Positions 41,360 to 55,744 of a stretch of DNA of 64,000 bases are shown here, piece after piece. This DNA comes from Octopus vulgaris (taxonomy: Eukaryota), in NCBI GenBank assembly GCA_951406725.2, contig OX597828.1:67146001-67210000 (forward strand), given 5' to 3'. The first letter of the stretch is position 1; every line of letters begins with the position of its first letter. The translations under genes were made by a program, and so were the position numbers. The notes beneath the pieces are model-generated. The model saw only the letters and a program-made list of their open reading frames with translations. It was not told where the DNA came from and made no database searches.

Positions 41360-41590
41360 AAGGCGGCGAGCTGGCAGAACCGTTAGCACGCCGGGCGAAA
41401 TGCGTAGCCGTATTTCGTCTGTCGTTACGTTCTGAGTTCAAATTCCGCCAAAGTCGACTTTGCCTTTCATCCTTTCGGGGTCGATAAATTAAGTACCAGT
41501 TACACACCGGGGTCGATGTAATCGACTTAATCCCTTTGTCTGTCCTTGTTTGTCCCCTCTGTGTTTAGCCCCTTGTGGGTAGTAAAAGAA
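41360..41590 (+). mobile_element. SINE family B monomer
   Basis: Full head and body; flanked by ataactgcatgtatgt direct repeats. Confidence 0.9.
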
Positions 41591-42478
41591 ATATATATAA
41601 CTGCATGTATGTGAATATGAGTATGTGTATATGTGAGTGTGTGAATGAATGACTATGTGCAGATATATACACAAATAGAAAAGAAATTATTCCACAAAAA
41701 CAGACAAATTCTTTTTATAAATGATTGATATTTGCATTATAATAATTCTAAAATCGTAACAAAATAAAGAAAACATCTCTAAATACATTGACCGAAAAAT
41801 ATTTACAAAATAAAACTAAATCACATATCTATGACTGATGTCTCTTCTTTTCTTAAATCTATGTAAATACTGCCACGATATTTTCTTAATAACCATTAGA
41901 CGTTGAAACGCTTAGGCCTGCCGTTCGCCTAAACATTTATTCTGTCTTATGCATCTATTCTATCAACCTAGAACTTCTAACAGTGACGAATAACTCCAAG
42001 TACATAAACTCTCATTGGTCTAAATCCAGTTTAATGTATGCGTTTCTCCGAATCTCTTTTCAATTCATAATCAATGTCGTATTTCATATTTGTGTTGGTT
42101 TCCACATTTTTTTTTTGCCTTCTTTACAATATTGGTTATGCCACTCCAGCCCACCACAGTCACTGAACCTGTTGTTGTGTTGTTGTTGTTCTTGTTGCTG
42201 CTATTATTATTATTATTATTATTAAGGCGGCAAGCTGGCTGAATTATTAGCTCGTCGGGCAAAATACTAAGCGACTCTATATGTAACTAATGGCAGTTGT
42301 GCTGTATTATGTTGTTCTGATTGCGGTATTGGTGTTAAGGCGTCGGATTGTGTAGAGGTTTGTGCATCATAGGCTGTGTAATAACAACTGATTAGAATAT
42401 GAGTTGTAGTAGTTGTTTCTGACGTGGCATCGAGTGCCGATTATGTAAGGGTATGTACATGGTACATACCCTTACATA

Positions 42479-42886
42479 AGAGCTGGCAGACACGTTAGCA
42501 CGCCGGGCGAAATGCTTAGCAGTATTTCGTCTGCGTTACGTTGTGAGTTCAAATTCCGCCGAGGTCGACTTTGCCTTTCATCCTTTCGGGGTCGATAAAT
42601 TAAGTACCAGTTAGGCACTGGGGTCGATGTAACCGACTTAATACCTATGTCTGTCCTTGTTTGTCCCCTCTGTGTTTAGCCCCTTGTGGGTAATAAAGAA
42701 ATAGGTATTTCGTCTGCGTTACGTTGTGAGTTCAAATTCCGCCGAGGTTGACTTTGCCTTTCATCCTTTCGGGGTCGATTAAATAAGTATCAGTTACGCA
42801 TTGGGGTCGATATAATCGACTTAATCCGTTTGTCTGTCCTTGTTTGTCCCCTCTATGTTTAGCCCCTTGTGTGTAATAAAGAAATA
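42479..42886 (+). mobile_element. SINE family B dimer
   Basis: Second body unit begins at ~42704 through the same gaaataggtatttc junction as in the 20733 multimer. Confidence 0.88.
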
Positions 42887-43744
42887 GTAATAAGTAATAT
42901 TGACTAGTGAAGACGTGTGGCTTAATGGTTTGGGTATTCGGTTATCAATCGTAAGATCGTGAATTCGATTCCCCGTGACACGTTGTGTCCTATAGCAAGA
43001 CACTTTATTTCACGTTGCTCTAGTCCACTCAACTGGCAAAATTAAGTTGCATCTGTAACGCAAAGGGCCAGCCTTGTTGCATTCTGCGTCACGCTGGATC
43101 TCTTTGAGAAATATGTTAAGGATACGCTTGTCTGTGGACAGCTCAACCCCCCACCCCCAGTTTTACATCCACAGAAACAAGCAACGAAAATACAGCATAC
43201 AGCTACATCAACAATAGCAATAGTTACAACAGCTGCAACAACAAGAAAGACATCGGACAGAGACCCACACCGCAACCCCAAAGGACAGTTCGTCACTAAC
43301 ACCTCAATAAAAAAAAACATCCCTCACCAGTTTCCAGAATATAAGCAAATTCATGCATGCATTTTCCCTCTGGCTAAGGCCTTTTTGACTCCGAGACCAT
43401 GTCCTACGACAGGTCCGGCACAAGTGGTTATCAAGATAAAAAGGGCAAAATAGAGACAAAATGTCTGCCCTCAGCTGAAAATCGGAAGTTTTGCCGAGGT
43501 GAAAAGGAGGTCGATAAGTATAGTACCAGTTTCGCACGGGGTCGATATAATCGACTTAATCCCGTTGTCTCTCCTTGTTTGTCCCCTCTGTGTTTAGCCC
43601 CTTGTGGGCAATAAAGAAATCTATCTATCTATCTATCTATCTTTTGTTTTTTGTTTTTTGTTTTTTTCCATCCCCCAAAAAGAAAAGCTCTACCTTGTAA
43701 CTTGTCCCATCTGTGTGCAGCTCTGTGTGGCCAATAAAGAAACT

Positions 43745-43765
43745 TATCTATCTATCTATCTATCC

Positions 43766-43828
<63 letters not shown>

Positions 43829-43898
43829 CCTCTCTCTCTCAATCTCTCTCTCTATCTCTCTCTCTATCTATCTGTCTATCTATCTATATATCCATCCA

Positions 43899-43941
<43 letters not shown>

Positions 43942-44010
43942 CCCTCTATCTATCTATCTATCTCTCTCTCTCTATCTATCTATCTGTCTATCTATCTATA
44001 TATCCATCCG

Positions 44011-44050
<40 letters not shown>

Positions 44051-44064
44051 CCTCTATCCCTCTC

Positions 44065-44144
<80 letters not shown>

Positions 44145-44383
44145 GCCTCGTCTTCTTTCGTTTCTTGCTTACGAAATCATTTCCGTCCTACTCTTTCTCT
44201 CTCTCTTTCTCATTTCTTATCTTCCTATCTTTGTTATGGGCTAACTCTCCTCTCCCCGCGCCACCTCTGTCTCTCTCTCTCTCACTCTCTCTCTCTCTCT
44301 CTCTCACTGTTGGTGCTTGTTGATTAGCTGCAGTTACTGCACTCCTACCACGCTGCACAGTGAAACACTGGAATAGCTCAGTG

Positions 44384-44416
<33 letters not shown>

Positions 44417-44718
44417 ACGCTGTGCTATTTCACTGCACTTTCCTCCTCTTCCTCCTCCTTCCCCTCCGCTATCCTCCTACTCCTCCCTCGATGTTGTTTT
44501 CCTCTGACACCCTCCCCCGCTCACCCTCTCCCCCTCTTATATAACAAACAACACATTTCTAATCAGCAATCCACTTATTCTACATTCCTTCCTCCTTATC
44601 ATCATCACTCTTATTGCTGTTTTTATTGTTGTTGCTGTTGTTGTTGTTGTTGTTCTTCTTCTTCTTCTTCTTCTTCTTCTTCTTCTTCTTCTTCTTCTTC
44701 TTCTTCTTTTTCTTCTTC

Positions 44719-44749
<31 letters not shown>

Positions 44750-45354
44750 CCATCATGATCGTCATCATTGTAGTCATCGTCGTCGCCGGCATCATCATCA
44801 TCATCATCATCATCATTCCCTTCTTCTTCTTCTTCTTCTTCTTCTTCTTCTTCTTCTTCTTCTTCTTCTTCTTCTTCTTCTTCTTCTTCTTCTTCTTCTT
44901 CTTCTTCTTCTTCCTCCTATTCCCCCTCTTCTTCTTCTTCATTCTTCATTGTTCATTCATTCTTCTTCATTCTTCATTCTTCTTCTTCTTCTTCTTCTTC
45001 TTCTTCTTCTTCTTCTTCTTCCTCCACCTCCTCCTCCTCCTCCTCCTCTTCTTCTTCTTCTTCTTCTTCTTCTTCTTCTTCTTCTTCTTCTTCATTCTTC
45101 ATTCTTCTCTTCCTGCCCCGCCTCATTTCAAATTCTGACAGTCTCCTTTATTGACCCACGCGTGTCCCCTCTTCCCTCTCTTCCCTGGTTACTATTATCC
45201 GGGTGGGGACCATTCCAGGTTCTCTCTTTTATGTTGCTTGACACATAAAATAACGATTTAAATGCAATCGCACAAATTACTGTGTACTCAGTCTGTTCTC
45301 TACCTTCACCGAGGTTAGAAAACATCGTCGTCATCATCATCATCATCGTCATCG

Positions 45355-45396
<42 letters not shown>

Positions 45397-45502
45397 ACAA
45401 CAACAACAACATCATCACCACCGCTATCATCATCATCATCATCATCAACGTCGTCGTCGTCGTCGTCATCCTCCTCCTCCTCATCATCATCATCACCACC
45501 AC

Positions 45503-45538
<36 letters not shown>

Positions 45539-45565
45539 AATCATCATCATCATCATCATCATAAT
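43745..45565. repeat. Compound microsatellite block (TCTA, CT, CA, TTC, ATC)
   Basis: Directly visible; explains the poly-F/I/M/S ORFs. Confidence 0.9.
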
Positions 45566-46898
45566 CACTGTCGACGTCATAATCATTCTTAGTGTTGTTG
45601 TCGTCTGCCTGGCTGTTATTGAAGGTGGTGGTGGTGGTGGTGTATCGCTAGAATCGATACAGTGCCAGAAAAAATTGCTTTAGGTTCCTTTCTTCCGGGT
45701 CTTTTACATTCTGAGATCCGAAAATTATAAACTAATCGGGGCCACTTTTGACCCCTTTGATGCGATAGAGTAATCAAGGATCTTGTGAAGGCTTTTCTGA
45801 AAATTTACTGCAGGGGGCTTCTCCCCCTCACCCCCACCCCCAGCATCACTGCTTCGACCGAATGTAGGCTCAACCCATCTCTGCAATGCAGGCCCCCATT
45901 TCAATTGACAGTGACCAGTGAGTATTTTAGAAAGTAGTGCTAAATATAATCTATGAATGATTTACAGGTATAAGTACGTAATGCGGTCACAGGTGTATAC
46001 GTGTACATGTAGTGGATGGCTATACTCGTACTTCTAGTCAGTGTGTATGTATTGTATATATGTATATATGTGTATACATGCATGACAGCCTACCATAAAA
46101 ATCTAGTTGCCACCCCACTCAAACTCACACACCCAAAGATTATTTTTAACTCAACAGAGACTGTATAAAGACAAGACTAACTCTAATGCTTAGCTGACCG
46201 AAACTTCGAAGTCACTGACAACAACATTCTTGTTTAAGAACATATCTGTATGTATGTATTCGTGTGTGTGTGTGTGTGTGTAACGAACCTAATAAAAGAA
46301 CTAGGACTTCTTTACCAAAATACCCTCCCTTTTCTTCTAAAAGGGGGTAAGGACAAGGGCGGGAAGAAGGACCTTTGAAAAACCGTAGAGCCAGGCCCAC
46401 CGACCCACCTGAATCCCGAATGTGTACCGGCCTAAATAGTAGTAGTAGTAGTAGTCGTAGTCGTAGTAGTAGTAGTAGTAGAAGTAGCCATGCTACAGCA
46501 TGCAATATTTGTCATCCATTAACATGTTTTTAGAAGTCCCATTGTTTTGGTTGTTGTGGTCGCATTTTTTATCGTTCTTCTTCGTTCGTGCTATTTGTCT
46601 GTGCATTAATTGTTGTTGTTGTTGTTATTTAACCTTGGTCCATTGCTATCCAGGTGACCTGTAATCAACAGTGTTCCAATTTTATTTTCTTCAGGCTTAC
46701 TCTAGATACGACTTACATAATCTAGTGCCCTTCATGTTGAAAACCATAACACAGAGTCTGATTTGCGGAGGACATAGTTGCTATTTCTACCTCGTCGATC
46801 GACCATTTAGAGTACCATCTCACCCGCCAGTTTCTTTCGTGCAACAGTTGCTGTGGATTTTGTTTACGTGACTGTTGTAATTATCACTGTTGCTGTTG

Positions 46899-47260
46899 AG
46901 CGAAGCGGTCTTTGTCCCTGTAGTGGGAGAAGTCCGAAACGTGGTCCTTTGCTACTCGTAAGACCCGCAGAAGAGAAAGCAGGTCAACCCCCGACACCGA
47001 GAGCATCGACGGATGGATGAATGCGCATCCAGGCTCAGCAGTTGCGTAGGAAGTCAGGAACAAGAAAAAGGAAGAAAGAGTGAGAGAAAGTTGGGGTGAA
47101 AGAGTACAACAGGGGTCACCACCATCCCCTGCCGGAGCCTCGTGGAGCTTTTAGGTGTTTTCGCTCAATAGACACACACACACGCCCGGTCTTGGAATCG
47201 AAACCGCGATCCTCCGACCGCGAGTCCGCTGCCCTAACCATTGGGCCATTGCGCCTCCAC
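46899..47260 (-). mobile_element. SINE family A head with alternative 3' module
   Basis: Inverted sister of 36645-37017; TSD ttgctgttg at 46890-46898 and 47261-47269. Confidence 0.88.
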
Positions 47261-47400
47261 TTGCTGTTGTTATAATAGTAATATGTAGTAGTTATACTTA
47301 ACTAGTAAAAGTGCCTGGCAACTAACACACTGCTGCTGCTGCTAATAATGTTGATAATGATGATGATGATGATGGTGACGACGACGACGATGATGATGAC

Positions 47401-47435
<35 letters not shown>

Positions 47436-47445
47436 CGATGATGAC

Positions 47446-47478
<33 letters not shown>

Positions 47479-47859
47479 AATGTTTTTCAAATTTCGACTT
47501 GTTCAATAAGAGAAAAAGCCGGTCTCCGATTGGCCAGTTTTTGGGTTAGTAGAGAGAAGCTTTGTTGAAAACGGTACAATGGGAAGCGGATACCTTGAAC
47601 AAGTGCACAAGTGCACTGCAGCGCGCGCGCGCGCGTGTATGTGTGTGTACGTGTGTATGAGAGTGTGTGTGTGTGTGTATGAGAGTGTGTGTGTGTGTGT
47701 ATGAGAGTGTGTGTGTGTGTATGAGAGTGTGTGTGTGAGTGTGTGTGTGTTTATGTGTGTTTTGTGTGTATACCTATGAGATAATCATTACACATACGTA
47801 CGCACACACATATGCACACGTGCATATTTATATGAATGTATAAATATGTGTGTGTAGAA

Positions 47860-47900
<41 letters not shown>

Positions 47901-47970
47901 GTGTGTATATATATATATATATATCTATATCTATATCTATATCTATATCTATCTATATATATATATATAC

Positions 47971-48014
<44 letters not shown>

Positions 48015-48058
48015 ATTTTAAGCAGCAGAAAATTCAACAAAATCTGTTACTCTGAGTT

Positions 48059-48094
<36 letters not shown>

Positions 48095-48906
48095 TATATA
48101 TGTTGTGAGTGTATAAATATATATGTATATATATTCAGATAGATATGCATTTAAAGTCATACATACATATATATACATGTAGATACACACACACACACAT
48201 ACACACTCATTTATATATATATATATATACACGAGTGAGAGGCACCGGCCGATTTGTGAGAGGAGCAATGCTCATGTCAATACCCTCACGAACATTTACC
48301 GATATCATGCGCATTATATAATTTGTGTGTGTGTGTGTGTATATATGCATATGTGTGCATGTGTGTGTGTGCGTGTGCATGAACGTGTGTGTGCGTGTGT
48401 GTGTAAACACTCCAGGAATAAGTTTATGTGTTTGTGAAACAATTATACTCTTGTGTCTTCTTGTTTGTCTTCGCCAGCACCACTGCGGCCATGCTGCAGC
48501 AATGCAATTATGTTTCCATCAATAGGTTAAGACTTTGTGTGCATATGTCTGTGTGTGTATACACGCATATATTTATACAAATGCACACATACAAGCACAT
48601 GTTTACACACACACACGCACACACACATAAACACACATATATACACACATATGCACACACACACACATTTGTATGTATATAATAAAATTGCTTATTATGG
48701 CAGTGTGTATGATGCATCTATGCATATATAACTTTGTGTATGTATGTATAAATATGTACGTATGTATGTATATAGATGTATTATGTATTTGTGTTGTGTA
48801 CGTGTTAAATATACACAAGTGTGTGTATGTATATCTGTGCATGTGTGCGTGTGTGTGAATGTGTATGTGTATGCCTATGTGTGTGTGTGAATGTGTATGT
48901 GTATGC

Positions 48907-48946
<40 letters not shown>

Positions 48947-49733
48947 GTGTGTATGTGCGTGTGTGTATATACGTGCGTGCGCTTTCGCGATGTATTGAAG
49001 ACAATCAAGTTTTGGACGATGTATTGCGTATGACCAGTGCTAGAAATGGCAATTAAACCCCTCTCACATATTCTACGTCTTAGAAAAATAAAGGACATTG
49101 CATGATTTATGTCTATATGTACTGTGTCTAAATAAAAAGAAAAAAATACCAGGTAGGTTGGTCATGGCCGGAACACTTTCACTCATTAGTCTGTTTGGAC
49201 GAAGCACAACCAACAGCAACAACAACAGAGAAACATAAATCGTATATTCTTGGTTACAAGAGTAGGTGCTAGAAATAGCAGCCAGATCTAAAATGTTAGC
49301 GTTACCGTTTTGGCTTCAAAAGCGGATACCTGTAACATTGTGATCCTAGATACACTACGACTGAATACAAGATTGATGCCCAACACCCGGGAGACCTCTT
49401 GACCAAGGGTCTGCTGGATGTGGGTCAACCTAGAGCTAAAGAACAGGAAACACACTTGTCACGTTATTATTAAGACTATCCACCGTTCGTACGCTCTGAG
49501 TTCAAATTCTGCCGGGTCGACTGTGCCTTTCATCCTTTCGGAGTCGAGTAAATAAAGTACCAGTAGAGTACTGAAGTCAACGTAATCGATTATCGCCCTC
49601 ACCAAAATTTCAAAACTTGTGCCTATAGTAGAAAGAATTATTAGGACTGTCCATATATATGTATATATTACTCTACCACTGGTATTTGAGTACTCTTTTT
49701 TTCCACCTTGTTTCACATTTATGTGTTTACTCC

Positions 49734-49776
<43 letters not shown>

Positions 49777-50172
49777 CATATATATAAATTAAATTAGAGA
49801 TAAAACCACTATTAGGCAACTCAAACAGTGGTAGACATAAATCAAAACATAAAAAAACAAAAAATAAATATAATTAATATAATATATAATATATAAAATA
49901 TAAAATTTAAAATTTAAATTATTAAAATTTTAAATTTATATTTTTTAATTTTTTAATTAAAACATTTTTTTATATATAACTAACCAAAAAGTATAAAAAA
50001 AGTCTAATGGTGGTGCCCCAGCATGGTCACAGCTCGTGAGCTGAAACTAGATAAAAAAAAAATAATATAAATACAAATACATTGATTATATGGATAATAC
50101 CAAATACCATACAAAATTCTGGTGCCTTTAACTTAAGTACCATATTCATCTGAATCTAAATTTTGCTGAACT

Positions 50173-50240
<68 letters not shown>

Positions 50241-50243
<3 letters not shown>

Positions 50244-50590
50244 TTTACTTGTTTCAGTCATTAAACTTTGGTCGTGCTGGGGGTACCGCCCTGAAGAACT
50301 TTTAGCCGAATGTATCGACGCCAGTACTGGTGCTAGTTCTATCGAGCTGTCTTGCCGAACCATTGAAGTTACGGGGACGTAAACACACCAACAAACGGTG
50401 GAGAGGTGAGGACAAACACAGATAGACAGACAGCTTTGTATATACATATATACGACGGGCTTTCTTTTTTCAGTTTTGGTCGGCCCGAGGCAATAGTAGA
50501 AGACACCTGCTCAAGGTGTCACGCAGCAAGACTGAACCCAGAACTATGTGTTTAATAAGCAAGCTTCTTAACACACAACCATGTCTACGC
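50241..50590 (-). mobile_element. SINE family C, diverged
   Basis: Reverse complement of the 60882-61279 family with deletions. Confidence 0.7.
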
Positions 50591-50600
50591 ATATACATAC

Positions 50601-50632
<32 letters not shown>

Positions 50633-51082
50633 TCCGACGATGGCTTAGCTGCCGGAACTTCAAAGTCACTATTAACAACATTCTTGTATAAGAACAATAA
50701 AGTTGTACTCTACAAAAATATACAGTAACTCATCGGATTAATGTAAAATTGATTTATTATAACTGAAGATAAAACCATTATACATATATATATAAATGTA
50801 AATATAAACATATATATATATGACAAAGCATAAATAATGATCCTTATATATTTTTCGTTATTGTAATAAATTTGACTATACATATACACACGCGCGTATT
50901 ATATATATGTATATACATACATACATACATATATATATATATATATGCATACATATACATACGTAAACATTTGCACATATTGATCTGACTGAATTACCTC
51001 CCTTTATACCAAGCAATACTCTGCATTTCGCTTGATAACCAGACGAAACGCAAGGTGCTGCTCCCGAGTACCTACATCGAAT

Positions 51083-51127
<45 letters not shown>

Positions 51128-51688
51128 CATATATCGTTTGTGCATGCATGTATGTATATATATAAATATTTATGTGATGAGCTGTTAGTTACACTGGTCG
51201 TCTGCTTTCTGGGTAAACAGCGAATCGAGGATTGAAACTTTGACAGCGCAGTCTTCTAAATTTCATGCAACCGAAGTGAGGCTGTCAGCACGAGATTCAT
51301 ACATAAGTTATTTGATAGCGACTGACGTACTGTCCAGGGGAAATGGAGATTCACATCGAATAAATTCAACAGAGAAATCTGACAAAAGCCGTTTCTCTCT
51401 CTCACACATTCTTGTCTACACGCTTTGTCTTTATTTCCCATTCTCTCCCTTATATATGAATATATTTACGAATGTGTGTGAATATATTCTTTTATTCTTT
51501 TACTTGTTTCACTCAGTTGACTGCAGCCATGCTGGAGCATCACCTTCAAGGGTCTTAGTCGACCAAATCGATCCCAAGACTTATTTTTAAAGCCTAGTAG
51601 TTATTCTATCGGTTGTCAAGTAGTGATGGGGTGACAAACACAAACACAAAAACACACACACAGATTCTTGCACACACACACACACACA

Positions 51689-51730
<42 letters not shown>

Positions 51731-52329
51731 TACACACACATATAACAAAAAAAAATAGTGAGGGATTATCAATCCGGGAAAAATTCTTCACAAGCTCCCT
51801 GCTGGAACAGGCTAACAATATTACTTAGATTAGAGAAGCAGGATCCCAGGTTATGGTTCACCATAACTCTATATTGCAAATCCGTGGATCGGCTCCAGAT
51901 AAACTGGTTTTTACACAGACTAATACATAAGAAACAAATTGAAAATAATTATTTCTACTCTAGGTACAAGCCCTTGAAAAATTTTGGGAAAGGGGCTAGA
52001 CGATTACAATCGACACAAGCATTTGGCTGGTGCTCATTACACCGACCCCGAAAGGGTGAAAGGCAAAGTAGACCTCAGCGGAATTTGAACTCAGAACGTA
52101 GCGGCAGACGAAATTCCGCTAAGCATTTTGCCCGGCTCGCTAACGATTCTGCTTTATAATAAATTACAAGTTAAAAATAATGTTCATTACATATAATTCC
52201 TTTATATACATATATGCACACAGAAAAAGATATGCTTTTGGTGAATTCGTATGTAATGTCACATTTTGAGGTCCAACGAAAAAGGCAAAAATACATGTGT
52301 TAAAAAGTTCACTTAATTTATTTGGCACA

Positions 52330-53250
52330 GAGTAGATGGAATTATTCAAAATATAGAATATTCCCAGAAGTGTTTTGTGTGGAAATATAGTCAGTTCAGT
52401 CGAAGGTTCGAATGCAGCTGAGGGACTGAAACAAAATATTGCAGTAAAACAGAGTGGAACACCTGTATGTAAGCCAAAACGAAATGAAAAATTGCCCAAA
52501 GTAGATGTTCCGTGGTCGAGACTATCATGGAATGGTTCTTACTACTTAGGGGTAGTTGATAGTTTTTTTCGAAATGGCCTGAAATTCGCAAGTGTAAAAA
52601 AACCAACCTCCTCAACTGTGATAAATTTTTTACACGAATTGTTTGCAAGATTTGACATCCCAGATAAGATAGTGTCTGACAATGGAACGCAATTTGTGTC
52701 TAGCAAATTTTATCAATTTTGTCAAACGTTCGTGGTAGAAGATATAACTACGTCGCCATATGATTGCAGGTCTAACGGACAGGTAGAACGCTTTGTCGAT
52801 ACTTCCAAGAGAGCCCTAAGAAAGTCGAATAAGTAAGTCACGGATGAGGTAGCTCTACAACAATTTTTAAGAGTGTGCCGTGTGACATGAAATCCGAATG
52901 CACCAGCTGATGTTTGCAAGGAAATTAAAATCAGCCTTTGATAAACTGCTACCTGGCAAGAAAATAAAAAGTGCCAGGGAAGACATACCAAGATTCTTTA
53001 AAGTTGGTGAAAAAGTATATATCAGGGGATACAAGAATGGAAAGCAGAGTTGGGAAGATGGTGTAATTACCAAATACATAGGTAAACTGATGTATCGGGT
53101 AAAAAGTAGAAAAGGCATATAAAAGAGACACAGGAACCAACTGAAAAAGAGATTTGTGGAAAGCGAATCAAAAATGTTGGAGGAGCCCATGGAATGGTTG
53201 TGCGATACCTTCCAAGTACCGACGCCACGGCAGGTGATTGAACCCAAGTG
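52330..53250 (+). mobile_element. Gypsy/Ty3 LTR-retrotransposon integrase relic
   Basis: PWSRL..YYLGVVDSF..ELFARFDIPDKIVSDNGTQFVS..SNGQVERFVDT and a C-terminal FKVGEKVYIR..W..GVI segment. Confidence 0.9.
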
Positions 53251-53521
53251 TAGAAGTGAGAGAAAAAGAAAACATACAGTTTCTGAAAATAGTTGTCAAG
53301 CGCAAAAATATTAGAAGAAATGAGGTACTCAGAGATTCGGATGGTTTTATATTTACAGATATTTATTTGTATATTACATGTTTTTATGCATCATATATCA
53401 TATATATATATCATATATTAGCGCTTTCGTCCATTCTAATGGAGTATATATATATATATATTACGAAGATGTACTCGCATAGCAAGTAATTTGATCTGAG
53501 ATCGTGTGCTGAAACGAAAAC

Positions 53522-53766
53522 AATTGCAGCGTGGAAGGTGTTTATAAGCCATTTAAGAAACACACAAAAGCCGTTCGATTCACTTCAACATTTAAGTTTA
53601 ATTTGTCAAAATATTTTCGTCGTGAGATGCAGCACGGATTTTTGTCAGTGAACAGGTCGCGGATTTTAGCGACGAAAATATTTTGACAAATTAAACTTAA
53701 ATGTTGAAGTGAATCGAACGGCTTTTGTGTGTTTCTTAAATGTCTTATAAACACCTTCCACGCTGC

Positions 53767-53770
<4 letters not shown>
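53522..53770. repeat. 101-bp-arm inverted repeat (inverted PLE termini) between (TA)n tracts
   Basis: Arms 53522-53622 and 53670-53770, one mismatch seen; 47-nt spacer. Confidence 0.95.
53641..53690 (+). ncRNA. Minimal type I hammerhead ribozyme, G3-C8 variant
   Basis: tttgtca-GTGAACA-g-gtcgc-ggatttta-gcgac-GAAA-atat-TT-tgacaaa: 7-bp stem I, 5-bp stem II, palindromic stem III aatatt. Confidence 0.75.
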
Positions 53771-53837
<67 letters not shown>

Positions 53838-53840
<3 letters not shown>

Positions 53841-55020
53841 TGGGTGTTTCAAAAAATTGGATATCATTTCGCAATAGCTAATAACTTTGCCAGTTCTTGT
53901 TCAAATGACTTCAAATTTTAACAGAATGTGTAGAAACGGGTCAACATTTTATGTTTAATATTTGATATGTTTATCTTTTCAGGTATAGAAATGGCATTCA
54001 CTGGAAGAGAAAAGGCGTTTTGTGTGTTGGAGTGTGCTCGAACGCAGTCAAACAAGACTGAGCAGCGTCCATTTGTGAGAGAGTTCTCTGTGTGGAAGCA
54101 CTCCGTCGGTTACGACGACGAGGGTTCCGGTTGATCCGAATCAACGGAACAGCCTGCTCGTGAAATTAACGTGTAAGTGGCTGAGCACTCCACAGACACG
54201 TGTACCCTTAACGTAGATCTCGGGGATATTCAGCGTGACACAGGGAGTGACAAGACCGGCTCTTTGAAATACAGGTACAACAGAAACAGGAAGTAAGAGT
54301 GAGAGAAAGTTGTGGTGAAAGAGTACAGCAGGGATCACCACCATCCTTGCTGGAGCCTCGTGGAGCTTTTAGCTGTTTTCGCTCAATAAACACTCACAAC
54401 GCCCGGTCTGGGAATCGAAACCGCGATCCTATGACCGCGAGTCCGCTGCCCTAACCACTGGGCCATTGCGCCTCCACGAGAGAGTTTTCTAAAAAGTCAC
54501 CAACGGCAATGCAGATTTGGATAGGACACAAAAAATTCAAGAGGAAGGCTCGTTTTTCTTTGAGGGAAATATGACCGGCGATGTTTATCTACAAATGCTT
54601 CAGAACTGGTTAATGGACGAGCTCATTGCAAATGAACATGAAGACTTCATTTCTTAACAGGATGGGGCTCCATCTCACTGGAAGCTCACTGTGCGTGCTT
54701 AATTCAGTGACAGTCTGCGAGGGAGATGGATCGAGCGTGCTGGGGATGAAGACAATGTGCTGTTGAAATGGCTGCCACGTTCACCTGACCTGCCACCTTG
54801 CGATTTTTTTTTGTCTGGGGTTATGTGAAAGGCCTGGTCTATGTTCTCCCTTTTCCTGCAAACCTAGAGGAACTCGGACAGGGAATCACTACCGCAGTGG
54901 ATACTGTTACCCAAGGCATGCTGCAGCGTGTTTGGGAGGAGCTCGGCTACCGACTCTCAGCCGTGTCCCAGGCGGTGCGCATATCGAACATTTGTGAAAT
55001 CGCCCATGGAATCCGCATAC
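53838..55020 (+). mobile_element. Internally deleted Tc1/mariner (DD41D-like group) interrupted by SINEs
   Basis: TA+ctgggtgtttcaaaaa end; MAFTGREKAFCVLECART N-terminus; QDGAPSHW..WLPRSPDLPPCDFF. Confidence 0.85.
54090..54477 (-). mobile_element. SINE family A, full length
   Basis: 13-bp TSD gagagagttctct/gagagagttttct at 54077-54089 and 54478-54490. Confidence 0.92.
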
Positions 55021-55424
55021 CTCTCTTTACTTGTTTCAGTCATTTGACTGTGGCCATGCTGGAGCGCCGCCTTTAGTCGAGCAACTCGACCCCAGGACTT
55101 ATTCTTTGTAAGCCCAGTACTTATTCTTTCGGTCTCTTTTGCCGAACCGCTAAGTGACGGGGACGTAAACACACCAGCATCGGTTGTCAAGCAATGCTAG
55201 GGGGTACAAACACAGACACACAAACATACACACACTTATATATATATATATACATATATACGACGGGCTTCTCTCAGTTTCCATCTACCAAATCCACTCA
55301 CAAGGCATTGGTCGGCCTGAGACTATAGCAGAAGACACTTGCCCAAGGTGCCACGCAATGGGACTGAACCCGGAACCATGTGGTTGGTAAGAAAGCTACT
55401 TACCACACAGCCACTCCTGCGCCT
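55021..55424 (-). mobile_element. SINE family C, full length
   Basis: Reverse complement of 60882-61279. Confidence 0.9.
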
Positions 55425-55744
55425 ACCTTTGAATTTCTCATTCAAATTTTGAGGAATAACTCTTAGGTTCCTCAACATTAAGCCTGTTTAGTTTCATTTG
55501 CTTTGACTATGTAGTTTCTGTGATATTTACATCTCAAATGGTACCAAATTCTTTATCACGGAGGTGTGAGTTCGAGTCTCATAGCCGGCCGCCAACACTT
55601 TTTTCTGCAAAATAGAGGTAGCTTATCCTGTTCAGGCTATATTGTTAGCATTATCCCGCATTTGAGAATTTAAAATCACTTCTTTAACTTTCTAAGGCAT
55701 CTCAACGCTTCTAAAGCGTTGTTTACGTTCATCGTAATTTGAAT

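Noticed and set aside
44290-44400. Possible promoter or 5' UTR among microsatellites; also unique tract 51170-51400
   Set aside because: No diagnostic motif or linked ORF; cannot be supported from sequence alone.
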